DNA of 64,000 nt from an uncultured Clostridia bacterium (lineage in GTDB: Bacteria > Bacillota > Clostridia > RUG12999), in NCBI GenBank assembly GCA_934792465.1, contig CAKVOK010000010.1:3426-67425 (forward strand), written 5' to 3'. Below the pieces are notes generated by a model. That model was given only the letters and a program-made list of their open reading frames with translations. It did no database searches and was not told the origin of the DNA. Positions 28,762 through 38,035 of the stretch are shown piece after piece. Position 1 is the first letter of the stretch; each line of letters opens with the position of its first letter. The translations under genes were made by a program, and so were the position numbers.

Positions 28762-29105
28762 TGTTTAGTAGATTAAACAAGATTATACGCAGACAGACGC
28801 TATTTTTTAAAAAAATTCGACAAATATAATTAAAAGTATTGATTTTACGCTGCATTTGTTATATAATATATGGTAACGGATTTTTTCCGTAATTCTGTGT
28901 GGAGGTGTATGCATTGAAACTTATTACAATTTTTAAAGTTCATCCGATTTTCAGCTGCTTCATATATATTGCAGGTCTGACGAAAAAATTGGATATGTAT
29001 TTAAGAAATGCCTTGGGTTATGCATTAATCTTCAGGCGCAGATGCATTTTGATTTAAGCCGACAGTATTCATCTTGTCTATTTTTTGTATAAAGGGTGAG
29101 TACCT

Positions 29106-30200
29106 ATGGCAGAACATATTTTAAATCTGGAAAATATTTACAAAGAGTATGACGGACAGACCATTCTTAACGGAATCAATCTCTACATAAACAAGAATGA
29201 GTTTCTGACGCTACTCGGTCCTTCGGGCTGTGGGAAAACAACGACTCTGCGTATTGTCGGAGGCTTTGAAACGCCGACAAGCGGGAACGTGTATTATCTC
29301 GGAAAATGCATAAACGACGTTCCGCCGTATAACAGGAATATCAATACGGTGTTTCAGAAATATGCGCTTTTTCCGAATATGACAGTCGAGCAGAACATAG
29401 CGTTCGGTCCTACTATTAAGCATTGGGATAAAAAAGAAATTGAAAAAAACGTTGACAAAATGCTTGAATTGGTTGATTTAAAAGGATATAACAACCGTTC
29501 TATATCTACTCTTTCGGGAGGTCAGCAGCAGCGTGTCGCTGTGGCGCGTGCGCTGATAAACAAGCCTGACGTTTTGCTTCTTGACGAGCCTCTCGGAGCA
29601 CTTGATTTAAAGCTGCGCAAGGATATGCAGATAGAACTCAAGCAGATTCAGCAGGAATGCGGAATAACGTTTTTGTATGTAACTCACGACCAGGAAGAAG
29701 CACTTACCATGTCAGATACCATAGTTGTTATGAATAAAGGTAAGATTCAGCAGATTGGAACGCCGGAGGATATATATAACGAACCTAAAAATTCGTTTGT
29801 TGCGGACTTTATCGGCGAGAGCAATATTTTGTATGCAACTATGGAAAAGGATTACAGCGTAACGTTTTTGAAGCATACATTTCCGTGCGTAGACGCAGGA
29901 TTCGGCGAAAATTCGCCTGTTGAAGTTGTGCTGCGTCCAGAGGATGTTGAGCTTATAGAGCCTTGCGACAATCTTCCGAAAGGAAAAGTTGTATCAAGCA
30001 TATTCAAGGGTGTGCATTACGAAATGCGTGTAATATGCAATGACGAGCTTATTCTTTCACATTCGACAAGCTATTACGAACCCGAAAGCAATGTTTCGAT
30101 AAACGTGAAGCCGGAAAATATTCAGGTAATGCGTCCGAGCGAGTTTACGGAAGCTATTGTGAAGAATAAGCGTGCACAGCTTTTGAACTGGGAGGAGTAG
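29106..30200 (+). CDS. potA: Spermidine/putrescine ABC transporter ATP-binding protein
   Basis: Walker [10 protein letters not shown], signature [15 protein letters not shown] and a C-terminal TOBE-like domain. Confidence 0.9.
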   Translation: MAEHILNLENIYKEYDGQTILNGINLYINKNEFLTLLGPSGCGKTTTLRIVGGFETPTSGNVYYLGKCINDVPPYNRNINTVFQKYALFPNMTVEQNIAFGPTIKHWDKKEIEKNVDKMLELVDLKGYNNRSISTLSGGQQQRVAVARALINKPDVLLLDEPLGALDLKLRKDMQIELKQIQQECGITFLYVTHDQEEALTMSDTIVVMNKGKIQQIGTPEDIYNEPKNSFVADFIGESNILYATMEKDYSVTFLKHTFPCVDAGFGENSPVEVVLRPEDVELIEPCDNLPKGKVVSSIFKGVHYEMRVICNDELILSHSTSYYEPESNVSINVKPENIQVMRPSEFTEAIVKNKRAQLLNWEE

Positions 30201-30202
30201 AA

Positions 30203-31027
30203 ATGAAAAAAACTTTATGTTTGGCTCCTCTTTGCCTTTGGCTTGCGGTTTTCGTGGTGTTTCCGCTTATTATAGTGGTTTATTATGCATTTACTTCGGA
30301 AGGCGCAGGCGGCATTGTGCTGTCACTGAACAATTTTTCCCGGTTTTTTGATGAAACATATATAAAGGTTTTTGTGAGAAGTATAAGAGTTGCGTTTTAT
30401 GCTACGGTAGTCTGTCTTTTGCTCGGATATCCGGTTGCGTATATCATAGCAAGGGGTAAGATTAAACATAAGGAAATAGCACTGTTGATGATAATGCTTC
30501 CTATGTGGATGAATTTTCTGCTGAGGACATATTCGTGGCTTTCGCTGCTTGAAAACAGCGGACTTATAAATTCGATGCTGACGGCGTTCGGATTTAGCAA
30601 GGTGCAGTTTTTATACAACGAAAAAGCCGTTATCTTCGGAACGGTATACAACTTTTTGCCGTTTATGATAACGCCGATTCAAAGCACGCTTTTGAAGCTG
30701 GACGGCAGCTTGCTTGAAGCCGCCGGAGATTTGGGAGCAAATCCCGTAAAAAGCTTTCTGAAAATAACCTTGCCGTTTTCCGTGCCGGGTATTTTTTCGG
30801 GGATAGCCATGGTATTTGTACCGAGCGTTACCACGTTTGTAATATCCCAGTTTATGGGCGGAGGAAATGTGCCTCTCATAGGCGATATAATCGAGAAGCA
30901 GTTCAGGCTCGTGAACGACTGGCATTTCGGCTCGGCAATAAGTATGGTAGTTATGGTTATAGTGCTTGTGTTTATGTATATAATAAACAGCGGCGATGAT
31001 AATGAAGAGGGGAGAGGAATGTATTGA
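30203..31027 (+). CDS. potB: Spermidine/putrescine ABC transporter permease
   Basis: 6-TM permease with an EAA loop, immediately downstream of potA. Confidence 0.85.
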   Translation: MKKTLCLAPLCLWLAVFVVFPLIIVVYYAFTSEGAGGIVLSLNNFSRFFDETYIKVFVRSIRVAFYATVVCLLLGYPVAYIIARGKIKHKEIALLMIMLPMWMNFLLRTYSWLSLLENSGLINSMLTAFGFSKVQFLYNEKAVIFGTVYNFLPFMITPIQSTLLKLDGSLLEAAGDLGANPVKSFLKITLPFSVPGIFSGIAMVFVPSVTTFVISQFMGGGNVPLIGDIIEKQFRLVNDWHFGSAISMVVMVIVLVFMYIINSGDDNEEGRGMY

Positions 31028-31806
31028 AAAAGAAAACCAATGCACTCCCCAGAGTATATATGGGGATTATATTTGCATTTTTGTATTTACCTATAGTTAT
31101 ACTGATTATCTTCTCGTTTAATGCCGCAAAAAGCCGAGGGGTATGGGCAGGTTTCAGTCTGAAATGGTATGCAATGATGCTGAAAGACGAAAAAATGATT
31201 TCGTCCGTTGTGATAACTTTTGCGTGCGGCATACTGGCAGCTGTTATATCGACGGTCATAGGCACAATATCGGCGATAGGTCTTTATAATGCGAAAAAGA
31301 AAACAAGGTCGATTTTGCTTTCGCTTTCGTATATACCTATGCTGAATGCGGAAATCGTAACGGGTATATCTCTTATGATGATGTATACAATGTTTAATAT
31401 GCGGCTTGGGTTTGTTACACTGCTGCTCAGCCATATAACATTTTGTATACCGTATGTAATATTAACCGTGTTGCCTAAAGTAAAGCAGTTTGAATACAGC
31501 CATTATATTGCGGCACTGGATCTCGGCGCTACGCCGGCGTATGCGTTCAGAAAGATAGTCCTGCCGGATCTTATGCCGGGAATTGTTGCGGGATTTCTGC
31601 TTGCGTTTACGTTCTCGATAGACGACTTTATCATAAGCTTTATGACAACGGGAAACGGCATAAACAATTTGTCAATAACAATATACACAATGACGAAGCG
31701 AGGGATAAATCCCGAAATTAATGCGGTATCTACGATAGTATTCGCAATAATTTTAATGCTTTTGATTGCAATGAATATAAAATCAAGTAAGAAAAAAGGG
31801 GAATGA
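31024..31806 (+). CDS. potC: Spermidine/putrescine ABC transporter permease
   Basis: 6-TM permease. Its start overlaps the potB stop by 4 nt. Confidence 0.85.
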   Translation: MKKKTNALPRVYMGIIFAFLYLPIVILIIFSFNAAKSRGVWAGFSLKWYAMMLKDEKMISSVVITFACGILAAVISTVIGTISAIGLYNAKKKTRSILLSLSYIPMLNAEIVTGISLMMMYTMFNMRLGFVTLLLSHITFCIPYVILTVLPKVKQFEYSHYIAALDLGATPAYAFRKIVLPDLMPGIVAGFLLAFTFSIDDFIISFMTTGNGINNLSITIYTMTKRGINPEINAVSTIVFAIILMLLIAMNIKSSKKKGE

Positions 31807-31952
31807 AGTTTGAATAAAATTGCCCATAGCACCGCTTTTTGTTCGGGGCGGTACATAAGGTACAGCACCGCTCACTGCAAAGCGGCACTCTGAACAATTC
31901 TCTTTCAAACTTGGTTTTGTGCCTTGCGGCACGGAAAGGAATGGTCATATAT

Positions 31953-32990
31953 ATGAAAAAAACAAGAGCGATTTTATTATCGGTAATTATTTCGGTTCTG
32001 GTGTTTTCCGGCTGCGGAAAGCCCAAAAATGTTGTAAATGTTTATAACTGGGGAGATTATATAGACCCCGACGTAATAGATATGTTTGAGGAAGAGACGG
32101 GCATTAAGGTTAATTACGATATGTTTGAAACCAACGAGGATATGTATACTAAAATAGTAAATGCGAAAACCTCGTATGACGTGCTTGTTCCGTCCGATTA
32201 CATGATTGAGCGTATGATAAAAGAGGATTTGCTCGAAAAAATTAATTTTGACAATATACCGAATTATAAGTATATTGACGATGATTTTAAGAATTTGTCC
32301 TATGATAAGAATAACGAATATTCCGTTCCGTATACATGGGGAACGATGGGTATACTTTATAACAGCAAAATGGTTGACGGCAAGATAGACAGCTGGAAAG
32401 CACTGTGGGACGAAAAATATGCCGACAGTATCATGATGTACAACAGCCAGCGCGATACAATAGGAATAACGCTCAAAATGCTCGGATACAGCCTTAATTC
32501 CACCGATGAAAAAGAGCTTAAGGAAGCGACAGATGCACTTATAGACCAGAGTAAGCTTGTACTTTGCTATGTTGTTGACGAGGGCAAGGACAAAATGATT
32601 CAGGGTGAGGCAGCGCTTAGCCTTGCGTGGAGCGGCGACGCACAGTATTGCATAGACAACAACCCGGATTTGAGATATGTAATCCCAAAAGAGGGAAGTA
32701 ATATCTTCTTTGATTCTATGGTAATACCAAAGACAACGCAGAACAAAGAGGGAGCGGAAGCATTTATAAATTATATGGCACGTCCGGAAATAGCGGCAAA
32801 AAATGCTAAGTATATCGGCTATTCCACTCCGGAAACTGCAGCAAGGGAAAAAATGGGCAAAGCAGGGAAAAGCGAGGTTGCATATCCTGATTTGTCAAAG
32901 CATGCAGACCTTGAAATATTTACGGCTCTCGGAGATAAAGTTAAAATCTATGATGAATTGTGGACTAAGGTCATATCATCGTTTGAATAA
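31953..32990 (+). CDS. potD: Spermidine/putrescine-binding periplasmic lipoprotein
   Basis: Lipoprotein signal MKKTRAILLSVIISVLVFSGCG and a PotD/PotF SBP fold. The track start (31839) is upstream of the RBS GGAAAGGAATGG, so ATG 31953 is preferred. Confidence 0.85.
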   Translation: MKKTRAILLSVIISVLVFSGCGKPKNVVNVYNWGDYIDPDVIDMFEEETGIKVNYDMFETNEDMYTKIVNAKTSYDVLVPSDYMIERMIKEDLLEKINFDNIPNYKYIDDDFKNLSYDKNNEYSVPYTWGTMGILYNSKMVDGKIDSWKALWDEKYADSIMMYNSQRDTIGITLKMLGYSLNSTDEKELKEATDALIDQSKLVLCYVVDEGKDKMIQGEAALSLAWSGDAQYCIDNNPDLRYVIPKEGSNIFFDSMVIPKTTQNKEGAEAFINYMARPEIAAKNAKYIGYSTPETAAREKMGKAGKSEVAYPDLSKHADLEIFTALGDKVKIYDELWTKVISSFE

Positions 32991-33016
32991 AATTTTTATT
33001 TTGCAGGCAAAAGGGG

Positions 33017-33043
33017 TTCGCCGGAAACGGCGAATCTCTTTTG
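33017..33043 (+). terminator. Terminator after potD
   Basis: TTCGCCG-GAAA-CGGCGAA followed by TCTCTTTTG. Confidence 0.55.
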
Positions 33044-33119
33044 CGTATTGATTAATAATGCTGCCTGCCGCCTTTTTAACCAACTATTAAAAAATTTTTG
33101 AGTTTTTTATTTTATGTAT

Positions 33120-33148
33120 TGACAAAAGAGTGTTTTTGTGGTATAATA
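33120..33148 (+). promoter_or_regulatory. tRNA-Ser promoter
   Basis: TTGACA, 17 nt, TATAAT. It is nearly identical to the tRNA-Leu promoter at 34040. Confidence 0.55.
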
Positions 33149-33165
33149 AATGAGTTGACTGACGC

Positions 33166-33257
33166 GGAGAGGTGGTTGAGTTGGTTGAAGGCGCAGCATT
33201 GGAAATGCTGTGAACGTTTATAGCGTTCCGAGGGTTCGAATCCCTTCCTCTCCTCCA
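33166..33257 (+). tRNA. tRNA-Ser (anticodon GGA)
   Basis: Acceptor GGAGAGG / CCTCTCC, anticodon stem CAGCA / TGCTG with loop TTGGAAA, long variable arm, T-loop GGTTCGAATCC, CCA encoded. Confidence 0.85.
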
Positions 33258-33541
33258 CGTAATGACTTCAATTTTGATGAAAAGTTGAAGTCATTATTTT
33301 TTCGCTTAAATCAAGGGTTTTCAGCCTTTTTATTCTTTCATAAGTCCGTCTTGGAGCACTCCCAATGACATATTTTTGTTTGTTTTAAGAAAACATATAA
33401 TACGAAAAGATTTCTTATGGCACAAAAAGTTTTCTTGTGATATAAAAAGATTTCCTAATGAATACCGTCAGAGCATTTTATTCGCGGTCTTCTACAGTGT
33501 ACATAGCACGGAAAAAATACAACATCTCCGTGACGCCATAT

Positions 33542-33751
33542 TCATTCATTTTCTTCATCGTCATACCGACTGCACATTTTTCCGCATTTTGGGCACGGAT
33601 ATTTAGCTGTTTTTCGACAGCTAACATAGATATGCACTTCTTTTCGTTTTTCGTCAAATTCTGCTTTATCTACTTTCCATGGCTCCTTTAGTCCTATTGA
33701 TTGACTAAACATCTCTTCATAATTTGTAAATCCTGTCATTTTCATCACCAC
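33542..33751 (-). pseudogene. ISL3-family transposase, N-terminal 69-aa fragment
   Basis: ..EVHIYVSCRKTAKYPCPKCGKMCSRYDD.. matches the ISL3 N-terminal zinc-finger region. A left-IR-like GGCTCTTTTCTTTTTACC lies at about 33775-33800 on the minus strand. The ORF stops after 69 aa with no downstream continuation. Confidence 0.6.
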
Positions 33752-34039
33752 TATTATTATACCACTTTCACGGTAAAAAGAAAAGAGCCTTAAAAAAATT
33801 CTGAAAATATGCGATTTTTTTCGGAATAAATTTTTGCAGGCAAACTCGGGTATATGCTTTTTTCCTACAAAGACAATTTCACGCCAAAAAGGGGAAGTAT
33901 TCCCCCGGAAGGAAGAAAGCTAAGGTTTCGTCATGCTTTTTTCGCCAACGATAAATATATTGACGATTCAATTTGTAACTTTTGTAACACATCTATTGTA
34001 ATCCTACAAATATTTTTTGAAATAATTTCATTTATAGCA

Positions 34040-34068
34040 TTGACAAAACCAAATTTTTGTGGTATAAT
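34040..34068 (+). promoter_or_regulatory. tRNA-Leu/Pro promoter
   Basis: TTGACA, 17 nt, TATAAT. Confidence 0.55.
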
Positions 34069-34084
34069 ATAGTAGTTGCTAAAT

Positions 34085-34171
34085 GCAGGTGTGGTGGAAT
34101 TGGCAGACGCGCTGGACTCAAAATCCAGTGGTAGCGATACCGTGTGGGTTCAAGTCCCACCACCTGCACCA
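34085..34171 (+). tRNA. tRNA-Leu (anticodon CAA)
   Basis: Acceptor GCAGGTG / CACCTGC, anticodon stem CTGGA / TCCAG with loop CTCAAAA, long variable arm, discriminator A plus CCA. Confidence 0.85.
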
Positions 34172-34188
34172 ATAATATAATTTTATAT

Positions 34189-34265
34189 CTGGGTGTAGCG
34201 CAGTTTGGTAGCGTGCTTGAATGGGGTTCAAGAGGCCGGGAGTTCAAGTCTCCCCACTCAGACCA
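34189..34265 (+). tRNA. tRNA-Pro (anticodon GGG)
   Basis: Acceptor CTGGGTG / CACTCAG, anticodon stem CTTGA / TCAAG with loop ATGGGGT, T-arm GGGAGTTCAAGTCTCCC, discriminator A plus CCA. A terminator hairpin follows at 34270-34316. Confidence 0.8.
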
Positions 34266-34550
34266 TACGAAAGATACCGCATAAATCCTGAAATCACAGT
34301 GTTTATGCGGTATTTCTTTATGTTTGCAATTCTGTTGAATTGTGAAAAATTGGGTAAAATTATGCATGGTTAGGTAGTCAAAATGTAGTCAAAAAAGAGG
34401 GGCGGAAGCAAAACGATTTTTGAAATCGAGCTGACCACAGCCCTATTTTTTTACAATATTATTTAAATTTTAGTCATTTTGTCTTAAAAATAGGTACACT
34501 GAACAAGAGGTCATGCCGCTTATATGGATAACTGTTAAATTTTTACTGCT

Positions 34551-34892
34551 TTAAGCCGAAAGTTTACCGTGAAGTTGCGTATGCGTTCGATTGTCTTGTA
34601 TTTTATGATGGTACTTATTGATGTTGTACGCAATTGCAAGCAGGGTGATTTCCGTCGATACTTTTTTGCTCCCTCTAAGCAGAAACTGTCTGAATTTGTA
34701 ATTCTTTTTAATAACGCCAAGGGCTTCCTCTGACTGTATGCTTCTGTTTGTGCGAAGCAATATTCCAAGAGGTGATTTTATGTTTTCCAAAGACTGTTTT
34801 CTTTGCTCGATGAATTTTTTCGACAGGCTTATCTTTCGGTTTCCTTTTGCTCTTGTGCATGACTTTTTATTAGGACATCCTTCGCATTCGTT
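34551..34892 (-). pseudogene. IS1182-family transposase, C-terminal ~113-aa fragment
   Basis: The reading frame opens directly after a stop codon and translates to NECEGCPNKKSCTRAKGNRKISLSKKFIEQRKQSLENIKSPLGILLRTNRSIQSEEALGVIKKNYKFRQFLLRGSKKVSTEITLLAIAYNINKYHHK. This is the conserved IS1182 C-terminus. No catalytic N-terminal part is present. Confidence 0.6.
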
Positions 34893-35055
34893 TTAGGAGA
34901 GAACCGCATAGGTTGATTGTGTATCGAATTTAAGCAAAAATATCATAAATATTATGAAAAATATAAATTTCTATTGACTATTTGTTAAAAATAGTATATA
35001 ATTAAGTTAAGTAATTATTTATGCTGATACAAAGCGGCGGAATGGAGATTTGCAC

Positions 35056-36780
35056 ATGAAAAAAATTATTTGTATTATTATGGCATTGGTATTGCTCATG
35101 CCGGCTGTTTCTGCCGGGAACAACAGCATTGCGGTGACGGATTCGGGCTGTACGGTAAACGGTGAGAATATACCGCTTTCGGCAGCCCCGTTTACATATC
35201 TTTCGAATATATTTCTGCCGGCAGACGATATACTGCCGAAAATAGGCTTTTCTCTCGGCTGGGATTCCTCAAGAGGGGCACTCGTATGCATTAATGATAA
35301 AAATACTTATTACATCGTTCCGGACAGCAACACGATTTCGTTCGGAGGAGAAAGTGCCGCTTTTGATATGCCGGCGATAATTAAAAACGGCGTTATGTGC
35401 ATAAGCGCACAGATGATTTCTTATATCAGCGGATATGAGGTGACCGGCGGAACTTCTTCCGTGTATACCTGTGTGGAGCTTTTCGGAGATGAAAACTGCA
35501 AGATAAATACAATACCGGGTGCTTTAAGTGCAAAGCCGTTTATATATCTTTCCAATATATTTATTCCGGTTGACGATATTCTTCCGAGGCTCGGTTTTTC
35601 AATGGGGTGGGACGATTTGCTAAAGGCGATTGTATGCGCCAAAGACGGTGTGACTTCATATATAATAATGAACAGAACGAATATGTGGGTCGGAGATACA
35701 AATTATGAATTTGATTTGCCGCCGATGATAAAGGGCGGAGTTACGTATATAAGCGCCGCTATGCTCGGCAGACTTGCCGGCTGCGATATAAAGGTAAGCG
35801 GAATAATATCGGAATACAGGAAACGTGATACGCTCAAAAATACGTATGCAACGGACGCATACAGACTTAAAGGCACGAGCGTTGCCGCCGGCGGAGGCGT
35901 TACGGCGGTAGACGGTTTCGGCATGGAGCTTGTCGGAATATCGAAGCAAAGTGCGCTGAATTATGCGGCTGTAATAAATTCGGCGGCGGAAAAAATTCCG
36001 AGTGCGAATGTGTACAGCATTGTTGTTCCGACAGCTGCGGAATTTTACGCACCGAAAAGTATGTACCCGAATCAGCTGGACGGCATGAAAACGCTTTACG
36101 GCGCTTTGAGCGACAAGGTAACGCCCGTGAACGTGTACGATTCGCTGAAAAATCATGCCGGAGAAAAGATATATTTCGGTACAGACCACCACTGGACGCA
36201 GAGGGGCGCATACTATGCGTACAAGGAATTTATCGACTGTGTGGGAGAAAGTATCGAACCGCTCGAAAGCTTTACGAATGTACCGTCATACAGATATGTG
36301 GGCTCGCTTGCCGGATTTGCAAGAGGAACTGCCGTTGAACCTATAATGAGAAACAATCCGGATATTCTCGAACGGTTTTTGCCGAAATACGCAACGGTGG
36401 GAACGGTATATGCCGACCAAAATATGAGAAAGAAAACGGCGGTTGTCAAGGCGGTTGATACAAATTCAAATTCTTACAGCTGCTTCATAGGCGGTGACGG
36501 ACCGGTAACCGTATTTTATACGGACGCTCCGAGCGACAAAACCATTGTGATAGTTAAAGAATCGTTCGGCAATGCCTTTGCCGTATGGGCAATGAACAAT
36601 TATAAAACAGTATACGTAATAGACCCCAGAAAGTTCAACGGCTTCGGCGGAAACAACGAGAGCATGAACCTGAAATCATTTTGCAAAAACGTAGGCTGCA
36701 ACGACCTTGTATTTATAAATTATCCGGTAGCGGTTTCGTCGTCGGGAATAAGAGGTTCCATATCGGATATGCTGAAATAG
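35056..36780 (+). CDS. DHHW-family protein with two N-terminal copper-amine-oxidase-N (stalk) domains
   Basis: Signal peptide. Two repeats of ..PFTYLSNIFLPADDILPKIGFSLGWD.. are typical of the Cu_amine_oxidN1 domain. The C-terminal domain carries GTDHHWTQRGAYYAY. The start is placed at ATG 35056 (RBS GGAGATT); the track uses a TTG at 35050. Confidence 0.7.
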   Translation: MKKIICIIMALVLLMPAVSAGNNSIAVTDSGCTVNGENIPLSAAPFTYLSNIFLPADDILPKIGFSLGWDSSRGALVCINDKNTYYIVPDSNTISFGGESAAFDMPAIIKNGVMCISAQMISYISGYEVTGGTSSVYTCVELFGDENCKINTIPGALSAKPFIYLSNIFIPVDDILPRLGFSMGWDDLLKAIVCAKDGVTSYIIMNRTNMWVGDTNYEFDLPPMIKGGVTYISAAMLGRLAGCDIKVSGIISEYRKRDTLKNTYATDAYRLKGTSVAAGGGVTAVDGFGMELVGISKQSALNYAAVINSAAEKIPSANVYSIVVPTAAEFYAPKSMYPNQLDGMKTLYGALSDKVTPVNVYDSLKNHAGEKIYFGTDHHWTQRGAYYAYKEFIDCVGESIEPLESFTNVPSYRYVGSLAGFARGTAVEPIMRNNPDILERFLPKYATVGTVYADQNMRKKTAVVKAVDTNSNSYSCFIGGDGPVTVFYTDAPSDKTIVIVKESFGNAFAVWAMNNYKTVYVIDPRKFNGFGGNNESMNLKSFCKNVGCNDLVFINYPVAVSSSGIRGSISDMLK

Positions 36781-36902
36781 GCAAATCAGTTTAAAATCGG
36801 AAATCGCCCCATATATTTTGCATTGAAGTAATGTGCGGAATATGGTATAATAGTTTTGTCGCTGTAACTAAAGCGGCAAAATTTAAAAAGGGGTGACATA
36901 AT

Positions 36903-37541
36903 ATGACTAAGCGGTTTAAAAAGTATTTATCACTTACAATTATTGCGGCGGTTTCAGGGGCTTCCATGATGGTCGCAGGAGCAGCAGAGGAAACAAAAGC
37001 AGGGGAGAACCTTTCTTATTATGTTTATACCGTAGGGTGTAATACAAAATTAGATGAGATTATAGGAAATATAAAGGATTTCATCAAGCCTCCGAGCAGT
37101 GGTGAGGACAATAAACCGGAAACGCCCGAAATACCGGAAACTCCGGACGTTCCGGAAAGCGGAAACCTTTCGGCATATGAAATCCGTGTTGCGGAGCTTG
37201 TAAATGAGATAAGAGTGAAAAACGGTCTTAACAAGCTTACTTTGAACAGCGAGCTTTCCGATGTGGCAAGACTGAAATCACAGGATATGAAAGATAATCA
37301 TTATTTTTCGCATACCTCGCCGACATACGGCAGTCCGTATGATATGATGACGAAATACGGCATCAAATATACATTTGCAGGGGAAAATCTTGCAAGAGGA
37401 CAGAAAACGCCGGAAGAAGTTGTAAGCGCATGGATGAACTCTCCGGGACACAGAAAAAATATTCTCAGCGCACGTTATACGCAGATAGGCGTTGGATATG
37501 TTGCAGACGGAAATTACTGGACGCAGCATTTCATAGGATAA
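36903..37541 (+). CDS. CAP/SCP (PR-1-like) domain secreted protein
   Basis: Signal peptide and CAP motifs (..HYFSHTSP.., ..GENLARGQ.., ..WMNSPGHRKNIL..). Confidence 0.75.
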   Translation: MTKRFKKYLSLTIIAAVSGASMMVAGAAEETKAGENLSYYVYTVGCNTKLDEIIGNIKDFIKPPSSGEDNKPETPEIPETPDVPESGNLSAYEIRVAELVNEIRVKNGLNKLTLNSELSDVARLKSQDMKDNHYFSHTSPTYGSPYDMMTKYGIKYTFAGENLARGQKTPEEVVSAWMNSPGHRKNILSARYTQIGVGYVADGNYWTQHFIG

Positions 37542-37645
37542 GGTGACAACTTAAAATATATGGGGACTGTTGTTCGTTTGAACGGCGGTCCCGTATATTT
37601 TTGGGATAAATTGAAAAAAAGACTTGACAAAACCCGGAATGTATG

Positions 37646-37684
37646 TTATTCTATATACATAGATAATCTATGTATATAGAATAA
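37646..37684 (+). promoter_or_regulatory. Perfect 17-bp-arm inverted repeat (PadR operator candidate) overlapping the padR promoter -10 and transcription start
   Basis: TTATTCTATATACATAG-ATAAT-CTATGTATATAGAATAA, with ACAT/ATGT cores. The -35 TTGACA lies at 37624. Confidence 0.5.
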
Positions 37685-37693
37685 CGAGGTGAT

Positions 37694-38035
37694 ATGATGG
37701 GAGTCAACAAAGAACTTATGAAGGGGAGTACATCTCTTTTGATATTATCATTGCTCGAATCGGAAGATATGTACGGCTACATGATTGTGCAGAAGCTAAA
37801 GCAAAAGAGCGAGGATGTTTTTGATTTGAAAGAGGGAACGCTGTATCCCATGCTCCATTCGCTTGAAAATTCGGGAGCGGTGTCCTCCTATTGGCTGGAA
37901 TCGGAGGACGGAAGAAAGCGAAAATATTATAAGCTGGAGAAAAAAGGCGCCATGCTTCTCGAAGAAAAAAAGCAGGAATGGCAGCTTTACACGGGTTCGG
38001 TAAACAAGGTGATAGGGGGTATGTGCTGTGAATAA
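37694..38035 (+). CDS. PadR-family transcriptional regulator
   Basis: Winged HTH ..LLILSLLESEDMYGYMIVQKL....LKEGTLYPMLHSLENSGAV.. Its last codons overlap the next gene. Confidence 0.85.
   Translation: MMGVNKELMKGSTSLLILSLLESEDMYGYMIVQKLKQKSEDVFDLKEGTLYPMLHSLENSGAVSSYWLESEDGRKRKYYKLEKKGAMLLEEKKQEWQLYTGSVNKVIGGMCCE

Noticed and set aside
28914-29057. Possible 47-aa TTG-initiated hydrophobic leader peptide upstream of potA (GGAGG 8 nt upstream)
   Set aside because: It has a non-ATG start, an overlapping 2-codon ATG ORF, and no conservation evidence is available. A polyamine-responsive leader peptide is conceivable but cannot be supported from the sequence alone.
34032-34367. 111-aa minus-strand ORF
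   Set aside because: It overlaps the tRNA-Leu and tRNA-Pro genes on the opposite strand, so it is an artefact.
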